Shown here: positions 61,597-64,000 of the stretch, in pieces | Layout of the letters: each line of letters starts with the position of its first letter | Numbering within the stretch: position 1 is the stretch's first letter | Origin: a bacterium | GTDB lineage: Bacteria; UBA8248 | Assembly: GCA_965221165.1 (NCBI GenBank) | Contig: CBDCRP010000002.1 | Coordinates: forward strand, 1,376,001-1,440,000 | Length of the DNA: 64,000 bases | Reading direction: 5' to 3' | The notes under the pieces: model-generated | The model's database searches: none | Seen by the model: the letters and a program-made list of their open reading frames with translations, nothing else | Told to the model about the DNA's origin: nothing | Made by a program: the position numbers and the translations under genes

Positions 61597-62751
61597 TCAT
61601 TTCACGTTCTCGCCGAAGACGGCGAAGGCCAGCCCTGCGCACAGCGCCAGGCCAGCGGCGACGTGGAGCAGCGTCACGAACCCCCATATCGGGAGCAGCC
61701 AGCCCGCCGTGAGCGCGCCGAGCGTGGAGCCGACCCCCCAGGTGGCGGCGCTATAGAGGGATTGGGCCGTGTTCTTCGTCGCCGCGCTGCTCAGGCGGTC
61801 GACGTACTGAATCGCGCCCGCGTGGAAGACGCCGAAGGCGACGCCGTGCAGGAGCTGAATGAGGATGAGCAGAAAAGCGTCCGTCGTGAGGGCGACGAAC
61901 TCCCACCTCAGGCCTGCGGCCATCATGCCGACGGCTATCATCCACTTGAGGCCGAACCTCGTCTGGATGGCCTGCGCGTAGATGAGAAAGACTATCTCGC
62001 TCACCACGCCCACCGTCCACGCCAGGGCGATCAGGTCCGCCGACATGCCCAATTCTTTAAGCCTGATGCTGAAATAAATCCCAAAGGGCCCTGCGGACAT
62101 CGCGGCGAACGTGGTGGTGAGGAGGAAAACGGCGAGCGGGCTGCTTCGGAGCAAGAGACTCAGGTCGGCCCGGAAGCGCGGTCGCGCGCGGCCCGTCTCT
62201 CTCGGCAGATGAAAGATCACGAAAATGAGCAGAAGGCCCACGCACGCCACAAACGGAAAGATGGAGGCGACCCCGGTGGTCTCGACCAGACGGCCCGCGC
62301 CCATGGCCGCGACGATGAAGCCCAGCGACCCCCACAGGCGCACCCGGCCGTACTGCGCGCCCGTGGCCTCGATCTCGCGCAGGCAAAGATTCTCGGCTAT
62401 CGGCACGAGGGGGGCTCTGAGCGCGGCGAAGAGCGTGATCAATGTGAGCAGGGCGAGAAATCCGTTCGCCCCCCACAGGAGGAGCGCGAGCAAAGAACTC
62501 GCGACGGCGCACGTGAAGGCCACGCTGCGGCCCAAGCGGAATTTGTCCGCGAGCGCTCCGAACAGGGGCGGAGCGAGCGCGCTCGAGAGGCGGGGCGCTG
62601 CGTTCAGCAGGCCGAGCTGGAACCCGCTCACGCCCACGGAATGATAAAAGATGTTCAGGAACGGGAGCATGACGCCCACGGCGAAAAAATGCAGGAAATA
62701 AAACGCGGGCATCCGCCAGAAGGGGACTGCGCCGGGGGCTTGCGCGCTCAT
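61597..62751 (-). CDS. MFS transporter (nucleoside:H+ symporter / HcaT-like)
   Basis: About 12 TM segments, GALADKF, YGRVRLWGSLGF, QLLHG. Confidence 0.88.
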   Translation of the reverse strand: MSAQAPGAVPFWRMPAFYFLHFFAVGVMLPFLNIFYHSVGVSGFQLGLLNAAPRLSSALAPPLFGALADKFRLGRSVAFTCAVASSLLALLLWGANGFLALLTLITLFAALRAPLVPIAENLCLREIEATGAQYGRVRLWGSLGFIVAAMGAGRLVETTGVASIFPFVACVGLLLIFVIFHLPRETGRARPRFRADLSLLLRSSPLAVFLLTTTFAAMSAGPFGIYFSIRLKELGMSADLIALAWTVGVVSEIVFLIYAQAIQTRFGLKWMIAVGMMAAGLRWEFVALTTDAFLLILIQLLHGVAFGVFHAGAIQYVDRLSSAATKNTAQSLYSAATWGVGSTLGALTAGWLLPIWGFVTLLHVAAGLALCAGLAFAVFGENVK

Positions 62752-63051
62752 GGGCGCGCACGGTGAAAACGGAGCATCGAGACCTCTTCACCCGGGCGGG
62801 AAAGCCCCATTCGACCACGATGTGAAAATGATTTCCACCCGCGCGGCGGCTTCCTAATTCGGCATGGTTTTGTTATCCTCCTCGCCCGATGGGTTATTTT
62901 GTTCCGAACCTTAAGATCAAGCGCGGGGCGGACCGAAATTCGGGGGTCGCACCAGCGAATCCAAAATCGACGAAAAGCGAGAAACCTCCATGGAGGGGGG
63001 AAATTCGCGTGACCTTTTTACCTCATCGGCAATTCTATCAGGAGCGAAATC

Positions 63052-64000
63052 ATGAACACGAACGACCTGGCGAAAATCGCCAACCAGATGGTGGCGCCTG
63101 GCAAAGGCATCCTCGCGGCGGACGAAAGTTCGGGTACGATTCAAAAGCGCCTCGACAGCATAGGCGTCGAATCCACCGAGGAGAACCGACGCGCCTATCG
63201 TGAGCTTCTCTTCACGACGGAGGGAATTGAGGAATACATTAGCGGCGTCATCCTGTTCGATGAAACACTGCGCCAGAGCACGGCGGATGGAACGAATTTC
63301 GGCGCGCTGCTCGCTTCGCGCGGCATCCTCCCCGGCATCAAGGTGGACATGGGAGCGAAGGATCTGGCTTTCGCACCGGGTGAGAAAGTCACCGAGGGTC
63401 TCGACGGCCTGCGCGAACGGCTGGCGGAATACGTCTTCCTGGGCGCTGCGTTCACCAAATGGCGCGCCGTCATCACCATCGGCGAGAGAATCCCCTCGGC
63501 GTATTGCATCGAGGCCAACGCGCACGGTCTCGCGCGCTACGCCGCGCTCTCCCAGGAAGCGGGCCTCGTGCCCATCGTGGAGCCCGAGGTGCTCATGGAC
63601 GCGGACAACACCATCGAGGTCTGCGAGGAGGTGACGAACGAAACGCTCGAGAGCGTCTTCCACGCCTTACACCAGCATCGCGTTTCGCTCGAGGGCATGA
63701 TCCTGAAACCCAACATGGTGATCTCGGGCAAAAAATGCCCGACCCAGGCGGGCGTGCAGGAAGTGGCCGAGGCCACGGTGCGCGCTCTCACGAGAAACGT
63801 GCCCGCCGCCGTGCACGGCATCTGCTTCCTCTCGGGCGGGCAGAGCGACGCCGTCGCCACCGCGCACTTAAATGCGATGAACGCGATGGGCCCCCACCCC
63901 TGGGAGCTCAGCTTCTCCTACGGACGCGCGCTGCAGGCGCCGGCGCTCAAGGGCTGGGGCGGCGAGGCGGCGAACGTATCCCTCGCCCAGAGACTCTTCC
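63052..64000 (+). CDS. fba: Class I fructose-bisphosphate aldolase (3' truncated; absent from the ORF track)
   Basis: Manual translation: GKGILAADES, GVILFDET, KWRAV, VPIVEPEV, LKPNM, FLSGGQS, FSYGRALQ; RBS AGGAG. Confidence 0.95.
   Translation, partial: MNTNDLAKIANQMVAPGKGILAADESSGTIQKRLDSIGVESTEENRRAYRELLFTTEGIEEYISGVILFDETLRQSTADGTNFGALLASRGILPGIKVDMGAKDLAFAPGEKVTEGLDGLRERLAEYVFLGAAFTKWRAVITIGERIPSAYCIEANAHGLARYAALSQEAGLVPIVEPEVLMDADNTIEVCEEVTNETLESVFHALHQHRVSLEGMILKPNMVISGKKCPTQAGVQEVAEATVRALTRNVPAAVHGICFLSGGQSDAVATAHLNAMNAMGPHPWELSFSYGRALQAPALKGWGGEAANVSLAQRLF

Overview
Gene-dense, mostly GC-rich chromosomal segment of a diderm (Gram-negative) bacterium, judged by the complete tolQRAB-pal-cpoB operon. 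Taxonomy cannot be fixed from sequence alone. About 57 protein-coding genes were found; I saw no rRNA, tRNA, CRISPR array, transposase or integrase. Housekeeping genes include typA, a cyclophilin, glyA, galU, ligA, tol-pal, bioD and a class I aldolase truncated by the window end. Catabolic genes include a sulfotransferase plus Sat, GGT, an orphan xanthine-dehydrogenase-family Mo subunit, two LLM monooxygenases, an amidase with a small partner, a tungsten aldehyde-oxidoreductase-type operon, a CoA-transferase and DMT transporters. Most notable: (1) a peptidoglycan turnover/recycling neighbourhood back-to-back with tol-pal, containing Slt, AnmK, NagA, a D-aminoacylase, two M20 hydrolases, a membrane-anchored acidic TPR protein and an unknown protein; (2) a sensor-less histidine pseudokinase coupled to a Nudix gene; (3) an AT-rich Fic gene preceded by two arrays of 12-bp repeats; (4) a W-enzyme with divergent cofactor motifs; (5) a signal-peptide-less orphan DctP; (6) phased A-tracts between convergent genes; (7) PAC2 and DUF3151 genes best known from Actinobacteria. 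All calls come from motif recognition by eye, with no database searches, and start codons were adjusted from the ORF track using RBS position.
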